Below, piece by piece: positions 18,900-29,017 of a stretch of 64,000 nucleotides of DNA. Origin of the DNA: Candidatus Tayloriibacteriota bacterium (GTDB lineage: Bacteria; Patescibacteriota; Minisyncoccia; Phycocordibacterales; PALSA-1337). The notes beneath the pieces were generated by a model. That model worked only from the letters and a program-made list of their open reading frames with translations, was not told the DNA's origin and made no database searches. The stretch is taken from NCBI GenBank assembly GCA_003151615.1, contig PLXZ01000001.1, positions 352,124 to 416,123 of the forward strand. The letters run 5' to 3'. Numbering within the stretch: the first letter of the stretch is position 1; each line of letters opens with the position of its first letter. The translations under genes were made by a program, and so were the position numbers.

Positions 18900-20435
18900 A
18901 TGATGGGCATGAAAACCACCTTGCGTTTCGGCGTTGCAGTGGCTTGCGTTCTCGGATTGTTTAATTATGGCGGAATTGCCCATGCGCAATCAACTCAATC
19001 CGTTCAGTCCGCTTCAAACACGAACGGAGGCGTGTTCACGGTCACTCCCACCGTCGAGCAAAATATAAAGCCGGACCCGGCGTTGGTGCAACAGTCCGCG
19101 AAAGTGGCGAGCGAACCTGCCGACACCTCAACCACCCCTCCTACAACCCTATTAAAACTCTTATCGAAGGGTTTTTCGCCTGTCGCTACCACGACCCCTC
19201 CGGCCGGCACGGTCAATTGCTTCGCCTACTACACCTTCGGTAGTGTCAGTGTGCAGTTGGCCAGCAGGGCCGGCATTTCCCCGGGACAAACCGCCACCAT
19301 TTCCGCCATCATCAGCAACAACAACCCGTATCCTCTCGTAAACGGACAACTCTACGTAAAGATATTCAGAAAACAGGACAACCAGTCCGATTTTATCCAG
19401 GGAGGCAACATCGTGGATCAATTTGTCGCCATTGATAACGTAACGCTGGACGCGCATCAGCAGAAAATCCTCAATTTTTCATGGACAGTGCCTTCGAACG
19501 CAGTAGCCGGGGATTACAAGATCGTCCCGTATTTTGAAACGGACAAGCGTTACAATCTCCTCGGTCTCTCTTTTACCGACGATGTCGCGGGAGTGCCCTA
19601 CGAATTTACGCTCAAGGGCGCGTCGGCTGAAGTATCTTTTGATAAGAATTCGATTTTGTTAAATAATATTCCTTATCAAGTCATCGCGGCTGCGCCGATT
19701 ATAGCGAGCACGACCAATCCTGAAATTGACGTCAATCTCGTGAATACGACGTCGAAAGCCGTCTCGGTTCCCATCGTGTGGAGGGTGTATTATTGGGACG
19801 GCCTTTTGGATGGCCATCTCCTGCATACGGAAAACCAAACGGTATCTGTCGGGCCGAATGCCAGCGCGAAAGCGTCGTACACCGTTACGGATAATGATCA
19901 CTCGGTCTATTTCGTGATAGCGGAAGCCGATAATGGAGACTCCAAGTCGATCGTGGACGTCCGTTTCGCCAAGGACGGACACCCCGAAGCGAGGATAAAC
20001 TTTCCATCGCTGACTTCGTTCCCGATCGAACAGGGAACCGGCACGTCTATATTCTCCTGTCTTCACAGCACGTCGGCCCAGACTATCGAAGGTGGCAAGC
20101 TCGTCCTCACGCTGACTGACCTGACCGACGGCAGTGTCATCGATACGCATGAATACGACGGACAGATCACGGGTGACATGATGGGCGTGGCTGACGCGTT
20201 CACTCCTAAAAAGACCTATGACAAAGTGATGCTTACCGCCGCCCTGTCCGTCGGGGGCGTACCGGTCGAAAGCGTATCGACTACTTATGACTGTTCGGTC
20301 ATTGATCCCGACAAATGTACCAAAAATAACGGTTGGAGCGGCAGTCCTATTATGCTTGCCGTAGCGTTTGGCGTATTAGTTCTTCTGCTCGCAGTGACGG
20401 CTTTAATAAAACATCTATGGTATACAAAAAAATAA
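18900..20435 (+). CDS. Secreted/surface protein with a C-terminal TM anchor, function unknown
   Basis: 511 aa with signal peptide MMGMKTTLRFGVAVACVLGLFNYGGIAHA, then a Thr/Pro-rich linker and a C-terminal hydrophobic helix followed by a KK stop-transfer. Confidence 0.5.
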   Translation: MMGMKTTLRFGVAVACVLGLFNYGGIAHAQSTQSVQSASNTNGGVFTVTPTVEQNIKPDPALVQQSAKVASEPADTSTTPPTTLLKLLSKGFSPVATTTPPAGTVNCFAYYTFGSVSVQLASRAGISPGQTATISAIISNNNPYPLVNGQLYVKIFRKQDNQSDFIQGGNIVDQFVAIDNVTLDAHQQKILNFSWTVPSNAVAGDYKIVPYFETDKRYNLLGLSFTDDVAGVPYEFTLKGASAEVSFDKNSILLNNIPYQVIAAAPIIASTTNPEIDVNLVNTTSKAVSVPIVWRVYYWDGLLDGHLLHTENQTVSVGPNASAKASYTVTDNDHSVYFVIAEADNGDSKSIVDVRFAKDGHPEARINFPSLTSFPIEQGTGTSIFSCLHSTSAQTIEGGKLVLTLTDLTDGSVIDTHEYDGQITGDMMGVADAFTPKKTYDKVMLTAALSVGGVPVESVSTTYDCSVIDPDKCTKNNGWSGSPIMLAVAFGVLVLLLAVTALIKHLWYTKK

Positions 20436-22468
20436 AATTTGCTGGTGTTTTTGTCTTTGTGTCTGCCCTGTTCGCTGGTGGATCCCATCAGGTGAATGCT
20501 TATTATAGCGGCGTGAGCACCTTTAAAAGCGCTTCTCAGACGATCAATGTGTCGGAGCTGGACTATATCTGGTCATGGTTGAACTGCAGTGGCTCGTACT
20601 GCAGATGGGTGGCTCCTGGAAACTCAGGAGTAGATATTGGCCTAGTGGGCGCATATGCAACGATAGGATATGCGGGTTATATCCAAAGGACTGATGTCAA
20701 TACCGGTATGACATCATGGATATCCAATACTTCAATTACGAATCTTAATGTCGGGGATACTCTTGTTATCAGTCCCGGCCCGCTTACCCAAGATCAGATT
20801 TATTGGAATGGAACTGGCGAAGCACAAGATTCTCCTTATGGTGCATGGGTAAGTGGTGCGGGCGATCCTTATTATCCTCTTTATAACTATAGCAATTTTT
20901 ACCTTAATACTAATACTATCGACGGGTATGGCTCCACTGTAGCGGATTATTTTCTACTATCTGTTGCACCTCCGGCAGTAACGATTTCAACTACGGGAAG
21001 TACTGCGGGATTGTCGTGCAATCCTCCCGACTCGACTGACAATGGTGCGGTAAGCTGTCTTATAACTTCTCCTGGTTCAGTTGCTGTGGCCTTTAATTAT
21101 GCGTCGACATACGGTCATTTCTATTTTGCTGACGCTGGCTGGTTCAACATGGGTGGTTTTTACGACACCGCAGATTCGGGCGATTACACTCTCCTCAATC
21201 CAATTAGTTACGTGACGAACAAGATTGGCGACAAGTTTTACGATATGAGTACAGCATCTACATATTATTTGCCTGTTGCAGCTAAGTCTATCACCGAGAC
21301 ATTTAAGGCCGTTAATTCATCCGCACCTCCAACCGCCCCTGTTATCACAGGTCCAACTACCGGATACATAAATACTCCGTACCAGTTCGGTTTTGTATCG
21401 ACTGATCCGGCTAATGAAAATCTCATATACCAAATCGATTGGAACGATGACGGCACGGTAGATCAAGTCCTTCCGGCCGATGTCACTCAATACTATCCTT
21501 CCGGTACGCAGGGAACTACGTCGCAGTCATGGGCAAGTCGCGGCAGTCAGACGTTTGAAGTTCGGGCGCAGGATGTCGACGGTAACGATTCGTCATGGAC
21601 GACATACACGACCGCTATTGTGAACCGACCGCCGACGGCGCCGACAATTAGTCCAGACCAATCTGATATGTTCCAACCAGGGAAACCGGAATCATTTCAC
21701 CTGCAATCAATGGATCCTGACAATGACCGTGTTACTTATACCGTGACGGATTGGGGAGACGGATCGGGTCCCAGCAGTCCATCAGGTGCAGTTCCTTCGG
21801 GCAGCTCCCAACGGCTTGTACACACGTACGCGAATGCCGGAACATATGTGATTCAGGCAAAATCGACCGATACATTTACTACACCGACGGATTCTCCGAT
21901 AGCCAGACTCACCATCGATATTACTCAGGGCGGAATCAATCCTCTAACCCCTTCCGTTTCTCTTTCGGTGGATCCGGATTCAATCACGACCGGAAATCAA
22001 ACGACGCTGTTGTGGTCGACGTCAAACATTGCGAGGTGCAGTAGTATCTCGTCATCATTGGCATCCAGTCCGTTTGGTACATCGGGGTGGGACGGTTCAG
22101 TGAATGGTTCGCTATCATCGGGTAATCATAGTATTGGTACCTTTAGTTCGCCAGCGTCTGTTACCTATACGTTGAATTGTACGGCTACCGCCGCGGCCGG
22201 AGGCGGTCCGATATCGCAACAGGCGGTGCTTGACGTTACGGGCACTACCGGTGGCAGTACATCGTCTTGTACTCAGATTTCCAATGCAGGTTTGTGTTCT
22301 GGTGAAGGCACCGCTTCCTCAGGCCTAAGTCCAAGTGTGGTAGTTTCCTCCTGCAACGCTTCGCCGCAGCCGACAATGTGCGAATTTACGTGTTCTTCCG
22401 GCTATCATATGGTCGGTAGCGGTTCATCGGCGAAATGCGTTGCCAGCAGTACTCTTCAAGAGCAATAA
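20417..22468 (+). CDS. Large secreted protein with PKD-like repeats
   Basis: Starts at MVYKKIKFAGVFVFVSALFAGGSHQVNA (a signal peptide), overlapping the previous gene by 19 nt. It has repeated DWNDDGTVD / DWGDGSG motifs, a PKD-domain signature, and is Ser/Thr/Gly-rich. Confidence 0.5.
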   Translation: MVYKKIKFAGVFVFVSALFAGGSHQVNAYYSGVSTFKSASQTINVSELDYIWSWLNCSGSYCRWVAPGNSGVDIGLVGAYATIGYAGYIQRTDVNTGMTSWISNTSITNLNVGDTLVISPGPLTQDQIYWNGTGEAQDSPYGAWVSGAGDPYYPLYNYSNFYLNTNTIDGYGSTVADYFLLSVAPPAVTISTTGSTAGLSCNPPDSTDNGAVSCLITSPGSVAVAFNYASTYGHFYFADAGWFNMGGFYDTADSGDYTLLNPISYVTNKIGDKFYDMSTASTYYLPVAAKSITETFKAVNSSAPPTAPVITGPTTGYINTPYQFGFVSTDPANENLIYQIDWNDDGTVDQVLPADVTQYYPSGTQGTTSQSWASRGSQTFEVRAQDVDGNDSSWTTYTTAIVNRPPTAPTISPDQSDMFQPGKPESFHLQSMDPDNDRVTYTVTDWGDGSGPSSPSGAVPSGSSQRLVHTYANAGTYVIQAKSTDTFTTPTDSPIARLTIDITQGGINPLTPSVSLSVDPDSITTGNQTTLLWSTSNIARCSSISSSLASSPFGTSGWDGSVNGSLSSGNHSIGTFSSPASVTYTLNCTATAAAGGGPISQQAVLDVTGTTGGSTSSCTQISNAGLCSGEGTASSGLSPSVVVSSCNASPQPTMCEFTCSSGYHMVGSGSSAKCVASSTLQEQ

Positions 22469-22494
22469 TTAAAAACAATTGGGGATAAAGCGCC

Positions 22495-22522
22495 TTGACT
22501 TTTAGCCCGAATCTGCTATATT
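22495..22522 (+). promoter_or_regulatory. Sigma70-like promoter (TTGACT, 16-nt spacer, TATATT)
   Basis: A near-consensus -35/-10 pair is seen directly in the intergenic sequence between the PKD protein and murB. Confidence 0.4.
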
Positions 22523-22602
22523 CCTAGCGTGTGAGTGCTAACAGGTTCTGCTTCGGCTGTAACCGAGTTGATGGCGACCAAATATAATTTGTCTGCGAAG
22601 AC

Positions 22603-22628
22603 CCCGGCCTCGGCCGGGATTTTCGTTT
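22603..22628 (+). terminator. Rho-independent terminator (CCCGGC-CTCG-GCCGGG stem followed by a T-tract)
   Basis: GC-rich hairpin followed by ATTTTCGTTT, about 135 nt after the stop of the upstream gene. Confidence 0.5.
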
Positions 22629-22783
22629 CACGCCGCGCTTCTTTTTTCCCGCGCATTTTCGTAGTATAATAACCGCCAGATTGTTCCAAGTAACGGCAAA
22701 CGGCTGTACTCACATTTTAACTAGACATTATATTTGGAGCTTTCACCCGTTTGCCATTAGTTGGCGCAATTATTCTCATTTTA

Positions 22784-23824
22784 ATGCTTCATATACGCGA
22801 ACATGTTCCGCTCCGTGATTTGACGACGTTCCGCGCGGGTGGTCCGGCGCGATTTTTCTGCGAAGTGACGAGCGAGGCCGAATTGGTTGAAGCCCTCGCT
22901 TTTGTTTCGCAAAAAAACATCAAAAAATTTTTTATTTTGGGCGGCGGCTCGAATATTTTGGTGGGGGATGCCGGTTTCGACGGATTGGTTATTTTAATGA
23001 ACATAAAAGGAGTTGATTTTGATGAAAATTCTGCGGTTGCGGAAGTTCTCGTCACTGCGGGCGCAGGCGAAAACTGGGATGATTTTGTCGGCGAATGCGT
23101 GAAGCGCGGCTTGACCGGTGTTGAAAATCTGTCGGGCATTCCCGGTACCGTCGGCGCGGCTCCCGTGCAAAATATCGGCGCGTATGGAGTTGAAATTTCG
23201 CATATAACTGAATCAGTCCGGGTTCTCGATACGCTTTCCGGCGAATTTATTTCATTTTCAAATAAAGACTGCAGCTTCGAATATCGCGACAGCGTTTTTA
23301 AAAAAGCAAAAGGAAGGTATGTAATTGTTTCGACTACATTTGCGCTGAAAAAATTTGTTTCGTCCGCTGAAACACCTCTCAATTTGAGTTACAAGGATTT
23401 GGCTAATTGCGATTGTCCGACTCCTGCCGATGTACGTGCCAAGGTTCTCTCAATCCGCGCCGCAAAATTGCCGGATGTGCGCGTTGTCGGCACCGCCGGT
23501 TCCTTCTTCAAAAATCCGATCATTTGCGACGATCATTTTTTCGGACTGAAGAAAAGATATCCCGATTTGCCCGGCTTTGTCGCGGGTGATGGCGTGATGA
23601 AGGTTCCTTTGGCCTGGATTTTAGATCATATCTGCGGATACAAGGGCGTGACGAAAGGGAATGTCGGAACGTATAAAAACCAGGCGCTCGTCATTGTAAA
23701 TAATTTTTCGGAAAAAACAGGCGCGACTCCGGCCGAGATACGAAAATTCGCCGATGAAATCGCCGTCGCCGTCAAAAAGAACACCGATATTGATATCGAG
23801 CCGGAAGTGCAATATATCGGATAG
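22784..23824 (+). CDS. murB: UDP-N-acetylenolpyruvoylglucosamine reductase
   Basis: LRDLTTFRAGGPARFF...ILGGGSNILV, the FAD-binding MurB signature. Start chosen at MLHIREH; the ORF opens at 22751. Confidence 0.75.
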   Translation: MLHIREHVPLRDLTTFRAGGPARFFCEVTSEAELVEALAFVSQKNIKKFFILGGGSNILVGDAGFDGLVILMNIKGVDFDENSAVAEVLVTAGAGENWDDFVGECVKRGLTGVENLSGIPGTVGAAPVQNIGAYGVEISHITESVRVLDTLSGEFISFSNKDCSFEYRDSVFKKAKGRYVIVSTTFALKKFVSSAETPLNLSYKDLANCDCPTPADVRAKVLSIRAAKLPDVRVVGTAGSFFKNPIICDDHFFGLKKRYPDLPGFVAGDGVMKVPLAWILDHICGYKGVTKGNVGTYKNQALVIVNNFSEKTGATPAEIRKFADEIAVAVKKNTDIDIEPEVQYIG

Positions 23825-23866
23825 AAAACACAAGTGCGCGTGGCGGAGTTAAGTGCCCCTTGTTCC

Positions 23867-23965
23867 TTCACTATCATGCAAATGCGAATTTAATATTGTT
23901 TTAGCAGAAAATACGGCTCTACATCAACGTCAAGATTTTCGCATTCGCATTTGCATGATAGTGAA
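23867..23965. repeat. Perfect 23-bp inverted repeat (TTCACTATCATGCAAATGCGAAT) with a 53-nt spacer
   Basis: Arms at 23867-23889 and 23943-23965 are exact reverse complements, in the murB-secA intergenic region. Confidence 0.8.
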
Positions 23966-24022
23966 GAAAAAAGACTCTGTTCGTAGCCATTTTACTCGAA
24001 AAACCCCGACAAGTGTGATATA

Positions 24023-26680
24023 GTGGCTCTCATCATGGCTTTTTCATTAAAAGCGCTCTTCAGCGGCGATCCGCATAAAAAGGCGCTCAAAACATACCAG
24101 CCGATTGTCGACAAGGTCAATTCGTTTGAACCGGCAATTTCTGCGTTGTCGGATGAGGGTTTGTGCGCGAAAACGGCTGAGTTCAAGGAACGCATCGCGA
24201 AAGCCTCGGCAATTTCTGAGGACGAAGAAAAGGCGATTTTGGACGAAATTTTGCCCGAAGCTTTCGCCGTCGTGCGCGAGGCTTCGAAACGAACTCTTGG
24301 TCAGCGCCACTTTGACATGCAGCTGATCGGCGGGGCAGTCCTTCACAACAACAGCATTGCCGAAATGCGAACCGGCGAAGGAAAAACACTCGTCGCCACA
24401 TTGCCGACATATTTAAATGCGCTCACCGGACGTGGCGTGCACATCGTCACGGTTAACGACTATCTTTCGCGACGCGACGCCGTATGGATGGGCCAGATTT
24501 ATTCGTTTCTCGGTTTGTCCGTCGGCGTTATCAATCACGAATCTTCGTTTTTGTACGACCCGACCCATTTGAACGCCGCTGATCCTCTCGAAAAGGAAGT
24601 CGATGAAAAAGGCTCATTCAAAGTCGTGCACGAATTTCTTCGTCCGGTTACGCGACACGAAGCGTACATGGCCGACATTACTTATGGAACAAACAATGAA
24701 TTCGGCTTCGACTATTTGCGCGACAATTTGGAGTATGATGCGGCGAAAACACGCCAGCGCGACTTCAATTTTGCGGTCGTTGACGAAGTTGACTCAATTT
24801 TGATTGACGAAGCCCGCACCCCTCTCATTATTTCCGCTCCGACTCAGGATTCGGAAAATTTGTATGCTATTTTCGCGAACATGGTGAAGAATTTTGCCAA
24901 AGATTACGATTATGAAGTGGATGAGAAGCGTAAATCGATCGCGATGTTGCCGGCCGGAATTGAAAAGGCAGAGAAGGCGTTGGGCGTCGAAAATATTTAC
25001 ACTGATAAAGGCATTAAATATGTGCATCATTTGGAAACTGCGGTCCGCGCGAAAGCACTTTTCCATCTGGACAAAGAATACGTCGTGCGAGACGGTTCAA
25101 TTGTCATTGTCGATGAGTTCACTGGACGATTGCAGCCGGGCCGACGCTGGTCGGAAGGTCTTCATCAGGCCGTCGAGGCAAAAGAAAACGTGACCGTGCA
25201 AAAAGAATCGCGCACGTTCGCGTCGATTACCTTCCAAAACTATTTCAGACTCTACCGAAAATTGGCCGGAATGACCGGAACCGCCGCAACTTCCAGTGAA
25301 GAATTTTTCAAAGTGTATGGTATTGATACGGTCATTGTGCCGACGAATCGCGATATAAAACGCATCGACGGTAACGACCTCATTTTCCGCACGGAAAAAG
25401 GCAAGTTCACGGCCGTTGCGCGAAAAGTAAAAGAACTGCACCAAAAGGGCCAGCCGGTTCTCGTCGGTACCGCATCCATTGAAAAAAACGAGGTCTTGTC
25501 GAAATTTTTGCAGAAAGAAGGCATTCCGCACGAAGTCTTGAATGCTAAAAATCATGAACGCGAGGGTGAAATCATCGCCCAGGCCGGTAAAAAAAGCGGC
25601 GTGACGATTGCCACGAACCTTGCGGGTCGCGGCGTTGACATTAAATTGGGCGGGAATCCGGCGCCCGCAGGAGCGCCGGAAGAAGTAAAAAATGCCGGCG
25701 GATTGTTCGTGCTGGGAACCGAACGACATGAAGCCCGCCGCATCGATAATCAGTTGCGCGGCCGATCGGGTCGACAGGGCGATCCGGGCGAAACGCAGTT
25801 TTTTGTCTCGCTCGAGGATTCGCTCATGCGCGTCTTTGCCGGGGATACCGTCAAAAATTTGATGAACCGCCTCGGCGTGGCCGAGGACGAGCCGATCGAA
25901 AACCGCCTCATTACACGCTCGCTCGAAAATGCCCAGAAGAAAATCGAAGGCTTCAACTTCGACTCGCGAAAACATGTTTTGGAATATGACGACGTTTTGA
26001 ATCATCAGCGAAAAACGGTGTATGAACGTCGCCGCAAAATTTTGAACGGTTCCGTCGAAGACGTTGCCGCAAAATTACAGGAAATCATCGACACGGTTCC
26101 GATGGAACATGAACCGGAAATTTCGGCGACCCTGTCCGATTTTTCCGATATTGCCGTTGCTGTTGAAACGCCTGACGCAAACGCTTCTTCCGGCGCGAAA
26201 CCGGTCAACAAAGGCCCGGTCCGCTTCGAAGTCGAAAAAGTGGTTGCCGACAAAATCGCTCAATTCGGCCGCGATGATTTTTACAAAGTCATCCGCCAGA
26301 TTTTGCTTCAAACGATTGACACATTTTGGGTCGAGCATTTGGAGGTAATGGATTACACGCGAAGCAGCGTGAATCTCCGCGCGTACGGCCAGCGCGACCC
26401 GCTCGTGGAGTATAAGCGCGAAGGTCTGCGCCTGTTCCGCGAAATGCAGGCCGCAGTCAACAATCAGGTCATCAATTTATTGCCGCACGTCGCCGGCGGC
26501 GTCATAACTCCCGCAACTCAGAAATTGAAGGAAACTCGCGCGGACGCGGCGGCGATTACTTCAACTCCGCAAAATCTACGAGTACAGGGCGGCAGTAATG
26601 CCAACGGCGCTCCGGCTCCTGCGGGAAACCGCCATCAGCGCCGGGCAATGGAAATCGCTGCAAAAAAGAAAAAACGCTAG
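24023..26680 (+). CDS. secA: Preprotein translocase ATPase SecA
   Basis: 885 aa with DEAD-like motor motifs (MRTGEGKTLVATLP, VDEVDSILIDEARTPLIIS, LAGMTGTA), the typical SecA architecture. Confidence 0.9.
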   Translation: MALIMAFSLKALFSGDPHKKALKTYQPIVDKVNSFEPAISALSDEGLCAKTAEFKERIAKASAISEDEEKAILDEILPEAFAVVREASKRTLGQRHFDMQLIGGAVLHNNSIAEMRTGEGKTLVATLPTYLNALTGRGVHIVTVNDYLSRRDAVWMGQIYSFLGLSVGVINHESSFLYDPTHLNAADPLEKEVDEKGSFKVVHEFLRPVTRHEAYMADITYGTNNEFGFDYLRDNLEYDAAKTRQRDFNFAVVDEVDSILIDEARTPLIISAPTQDSENLYAIFANMVKNFAKDYDYEVDEKRKSIAMLPAGIEKAEKALGVENIYTDKGIKYVHHLETAVRAKALFHLDKEYVVRDGSIVIVDEFTGRLQPGRRWSEGLHQAVEAKENVTVQKESRTFASITFQNYFRLYRKLAGMTGTAATSSEEFFKVYGIDTVIVPTNRDIKRIDGNDLIFRTEKGKFTAVARKVKELHQKGQPVLVGTASIEKNEVLSKFLQKEGIPHEVLNAKNHEREGEIIAQAGKKSGVTIATNLAGRGVDIKLGGNPAPAGAPEEVKNAGGLFVLGTERHEARRIDNQLRGRSGRQGDPGETQFFVSLEDSLMRVFAGDTVKNLMNRLGVAEDEPIENRLITRSLENAQKKIEGFNFDSRKHVLEYDDVLNHQRKTVYERRRKILNGSVEDVAAKLQEIIDTVPMEHEPEISATLSDFSDIAVAVETPDANASSGAKPVNKGPVRFEVEKVVADKIAQFGRDDFYKVIRQILLQTIDTFWVEHLEVMDYTRSSVNLRAYGQRDPLVEYKREGLRLFREMQAAVNNQVINLLPHVAGGVITPATQKLKETRADAAAITSTPQNLRVQGGSNANGAPAPAGNRHQRRAMEIAAKKKKR

Positions 26681-26743
26681 TCGTCTGGTTTTTTTATGTG
26701 TTAGTATTATTGCAGTATTTTATTAAATCTAATTATATAGAAT

Positions 26744-27238
26744 ATGTCAGAAAAAATTCCACAATTTCGAGATAAAGATGAGAACGAAGAAGAGGAGTCT
26801 TCTTCTAAAAAAGGAAGCGGCGCTCTTATTCCGGTAGTACTCGCGGCCGCGGTAGCCGGAAATATCGTCGTCGGTCTAGACATTGAAAGCCATAATGAAA
26901 CAAAAGATGCCGCTGAACACCATGAAGCAGTAGAAAAACAATTGCCCCCGGAACTGAAGGCCGATCTCGATGCGTATCATTCAAAAATTTATTGGCAATC
27001 CGGAACTGAGGTCATATCAGCTACGTTTAGTCACGATGAAGCGAAGGCGCGCGCAGTCGAGATTGCCATAGAAAAGGGCATAAGCGGATTCAATGAACCT
27101 GTAACATTCAAACAGACGAAGGAAGGAGTTCCTTTTGATATTTCGATTGGAACAAATTTTGTACCCTATAGTCCCGACAATTATAGTCCGGCGGAGCTGG
27201 TTTCCTTGAAATCAGAGGCAGAAAAAAGTACCCAGTAG
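26744..27238 (+). CDS. Hypothetical membrane-anchored protein
   Basis: 164 aa with an acidic N-terminus and one TM helix (GALIPVVLAAAVAGNIVVGL). Confidence 0.4.
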   Translation: MSEKIPQFRDKDENEEEESSSKKGSGALIPVVLAAAVAGNIVVGLDIESHNETKDAAEHHEAVEKQLPPELKADLDAYHSKIYWQSGTEVISATFSHDEAKARAVEIAIEKGISGFNEPVTFKQTKEGVPFDISIGTNFVPYSPDNYSPAELVSLKSEAEKSTQ

Positions 27239-27341
27239 CATGAACATTTATCTTTCGAGCACTCTCGACAGATAAAATTTTGATAAAGTTTTCGTGTTTT
27301 TTGGTCTTGCGTATTGCGATGCGGCTTGGTAATGTTCATGT

Positions 27342-27833
27342 ATGAATCAGAATTTACTTCTTACAATTAACACGATTCTTGTCGCGGTTGTCGGCTACTT
27401 TTTGAAAAAAACTTTTGACAAAGTCGAAGCTACCGGCAATGACGTTTCCGAAATGAAACCGAAACTCGACATTTTATGGAGGGATAAGATTGCCCCTTCC
27501 AGTTCGCCGCGCCAATTGAACGAACGCGGAACGGACATATTGAATACAAGCGGCATAAAGGGAGTCGTGGATCAGAAAAAAGATCTTCTGTTGAAACTTG
27601 TCAAAGAAAAGAATCCTGCAAATCCGTATGATGCTGAAATAGCTATTTCTGCCGTCATGATGGACCTGCCGAAACATTGTCCTGATATTGTTGATAAATT
27701 GAAGCAGGGCGCTTTTATGTCAGGTGTCGATATAAATACGGCTTTGTTCACGGGTTCTATATACTTGAGAAACCTCATATTTCAGGATCTCGGTTTTGAA
27801 TTGCAGGATCTTGATGTGCCGAAAAAAGCATAA
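27342..27833 (+). CDS. Hypothetical protein with an N-terminal TM helix
   Basis: 163 aa with N-terminal hydrophobic LLLTINTILVAVVGYFL. Confidence 0.4.
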   Translation: MNQNLLLTINTILVAVVGYFLKKTFDKVEATGNDVSEMKPKLDILWRDKIAPSSSPRQLNERGTDILNTSGIKGVVDQKKDLLLKLVKEKNPANPYDAEIAISAVMMDLPKHCPDIVDKLKQGAFMSGVDINTALFTGSIYLRNLIFQDLGFELQDLDVPKKA

Positions 27834-27895
27834 TCTTAAAAAAATCTGTTTAATTTGGCAGAGTGTGCTAGTATGAAAATCAAGATACACATTAT

Positions 27896-28996
27896 ATGGC
27901 ATTTATCGACGAACTCAGTTTTCACATTTCTGCCGGCAAGGGCGGCAACGGCGTGGAGCGCTGGCGCCATGAGAAGGGCAAGGAATTCAGCGGCGCGGCC
28001 GGAGGCAACGGCGGCAAGGGTGGCGACGTATACATGCGCGCGGTTCGCGACCTTGGCATTCTCGCCCGGTACCGCAATACGAAATCGTTTGATTCCCAGC
28101 CCGGCCAGGACGGCATGAAAAACAGCATGCACGGCGCGGATGGCAAAGACCTCATTATCGACGTGCCGATCGGTTCGGTCATCACCGACTTGCGAACCGT
28201 CGAAACTGGCGGTCCCGGAGTTAAAAAAGGCGAAGGCAGAAAAATAGCATTGCTGGCCGAAGGCGAAACGGTGCGAATTTTGAAGGGCGGCCGCGGCGGA
28301 CTCGGCAATGAACATTTCAAGGCTTCGACAAATGTTCGTCCGACCGAGACGACCGACGGCAGGGCCGGCGAAGAAGGGGATTTTAAAGTCGACGTCGAGC
28401 TTGTCGCTGATGCCGGTTTCATCGGTCTGCCGAATGCCGGAAAATCTTCGCTTTTAAATGCATTTACAAACGCCGATGCGAAAGTCGCGGCGTATCAGTT
28501 CACGACGCTCGAGCCGAACCTCGGCGCGATGCGCGGTTTCGTTTTGGCCGACATTCCCGGATTGATTGAAGGCGCGGCGGAAGGCAAAGGCCTCGGCCAT
28601 CGATTTCTCCGTCACGTGAAGCGCACGAAACGCCTCTATCATTTGATCTCGTTCGAAAATGTTGTTGTTGAAAAGATAAATAAAAAAACCGGTAAAAAAA
28701 CGGTGACGTTGAAAATGAGCGAACTGGCGAAAGTGTATAAAACAATCCGCGGCGAATTGAAGCAATACGGCGAAGGCCTGGCTGAAAAACCCGAAACAAT
28801 TATTTTGACAAAAACCGATGTCTTGCCGGGAGGTTCCAAATCGGATGCGAAATCAGTGAAAGAAGTCAAAACCGCAATCGCCGCCGCCAAAAAAGTGCTC
28901 TCGAAATTCAACAAGGATATTCTGGCCGTTACCATTTTGGACGACAAATCGGTCAAGGAGCTCTCGGACAACATCATCAAAAAATTGCGCGCATAA
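27896..28996 (+). CDS. obg: GTPase Obg/CgtA
   Basis: Gly-rich Obg fold N-terminus (GKGGNGVERW...GGNGGKGGDV) and a G domain (GLPNAGKSSLL). Confidence 0.85.
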   Translation: MAFIDELSFHISAGKGGNGVERWRHEKGKEFSGAAGGNGGKGGDVYMRAVRDLGILARYRNTKSFDSQPGQDGMKNSMHGADGKDLIIDVPIGSVITDLRTVETGGPGVKKGEGRKIALLAEGETVRILKGGRGGLGNEHFKASTNVRPTETTDGRAGEEGDFKVDVELVADAGFIGLPNAGKSSLLNAFTNADAKVAAYQFTTLEPNLGAMRGFVLADIPGLIEGAAEGKGLGHRFLRHVKRTKRLYHLISFENVVVEKINKKTGKKTVTLKMSELAKVYKTIRGELKQYGEGLAEKPETIILTKTDVLPGGSKSDAKSVKEVKTAIAAAKKVLSKFNKDILAVTILDDKSVKELSDNIIKKLRA

Positions 28997-29017
28997 CGAG
29001 TATGGTATAATACACGC

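Noticed and set aside
22516-22713. 65-aa minus-strand ORF in the murB upstream region
   Set aside because: It has no RBS or motif, and the region is better explained by the promoter/terminator pair on the plus strand.
24794-26253. Several minus-strand ORFs (up to 302 aa)
   Set aside because: All lie inside secA, whose plus-strand translation is unambiguous. These are GC-rich antisense shadow frames.
27836-28422. Minus-strand ORFs of 159-166 aa
   Set aside because: Antisense to obg, so they are shadow frames.
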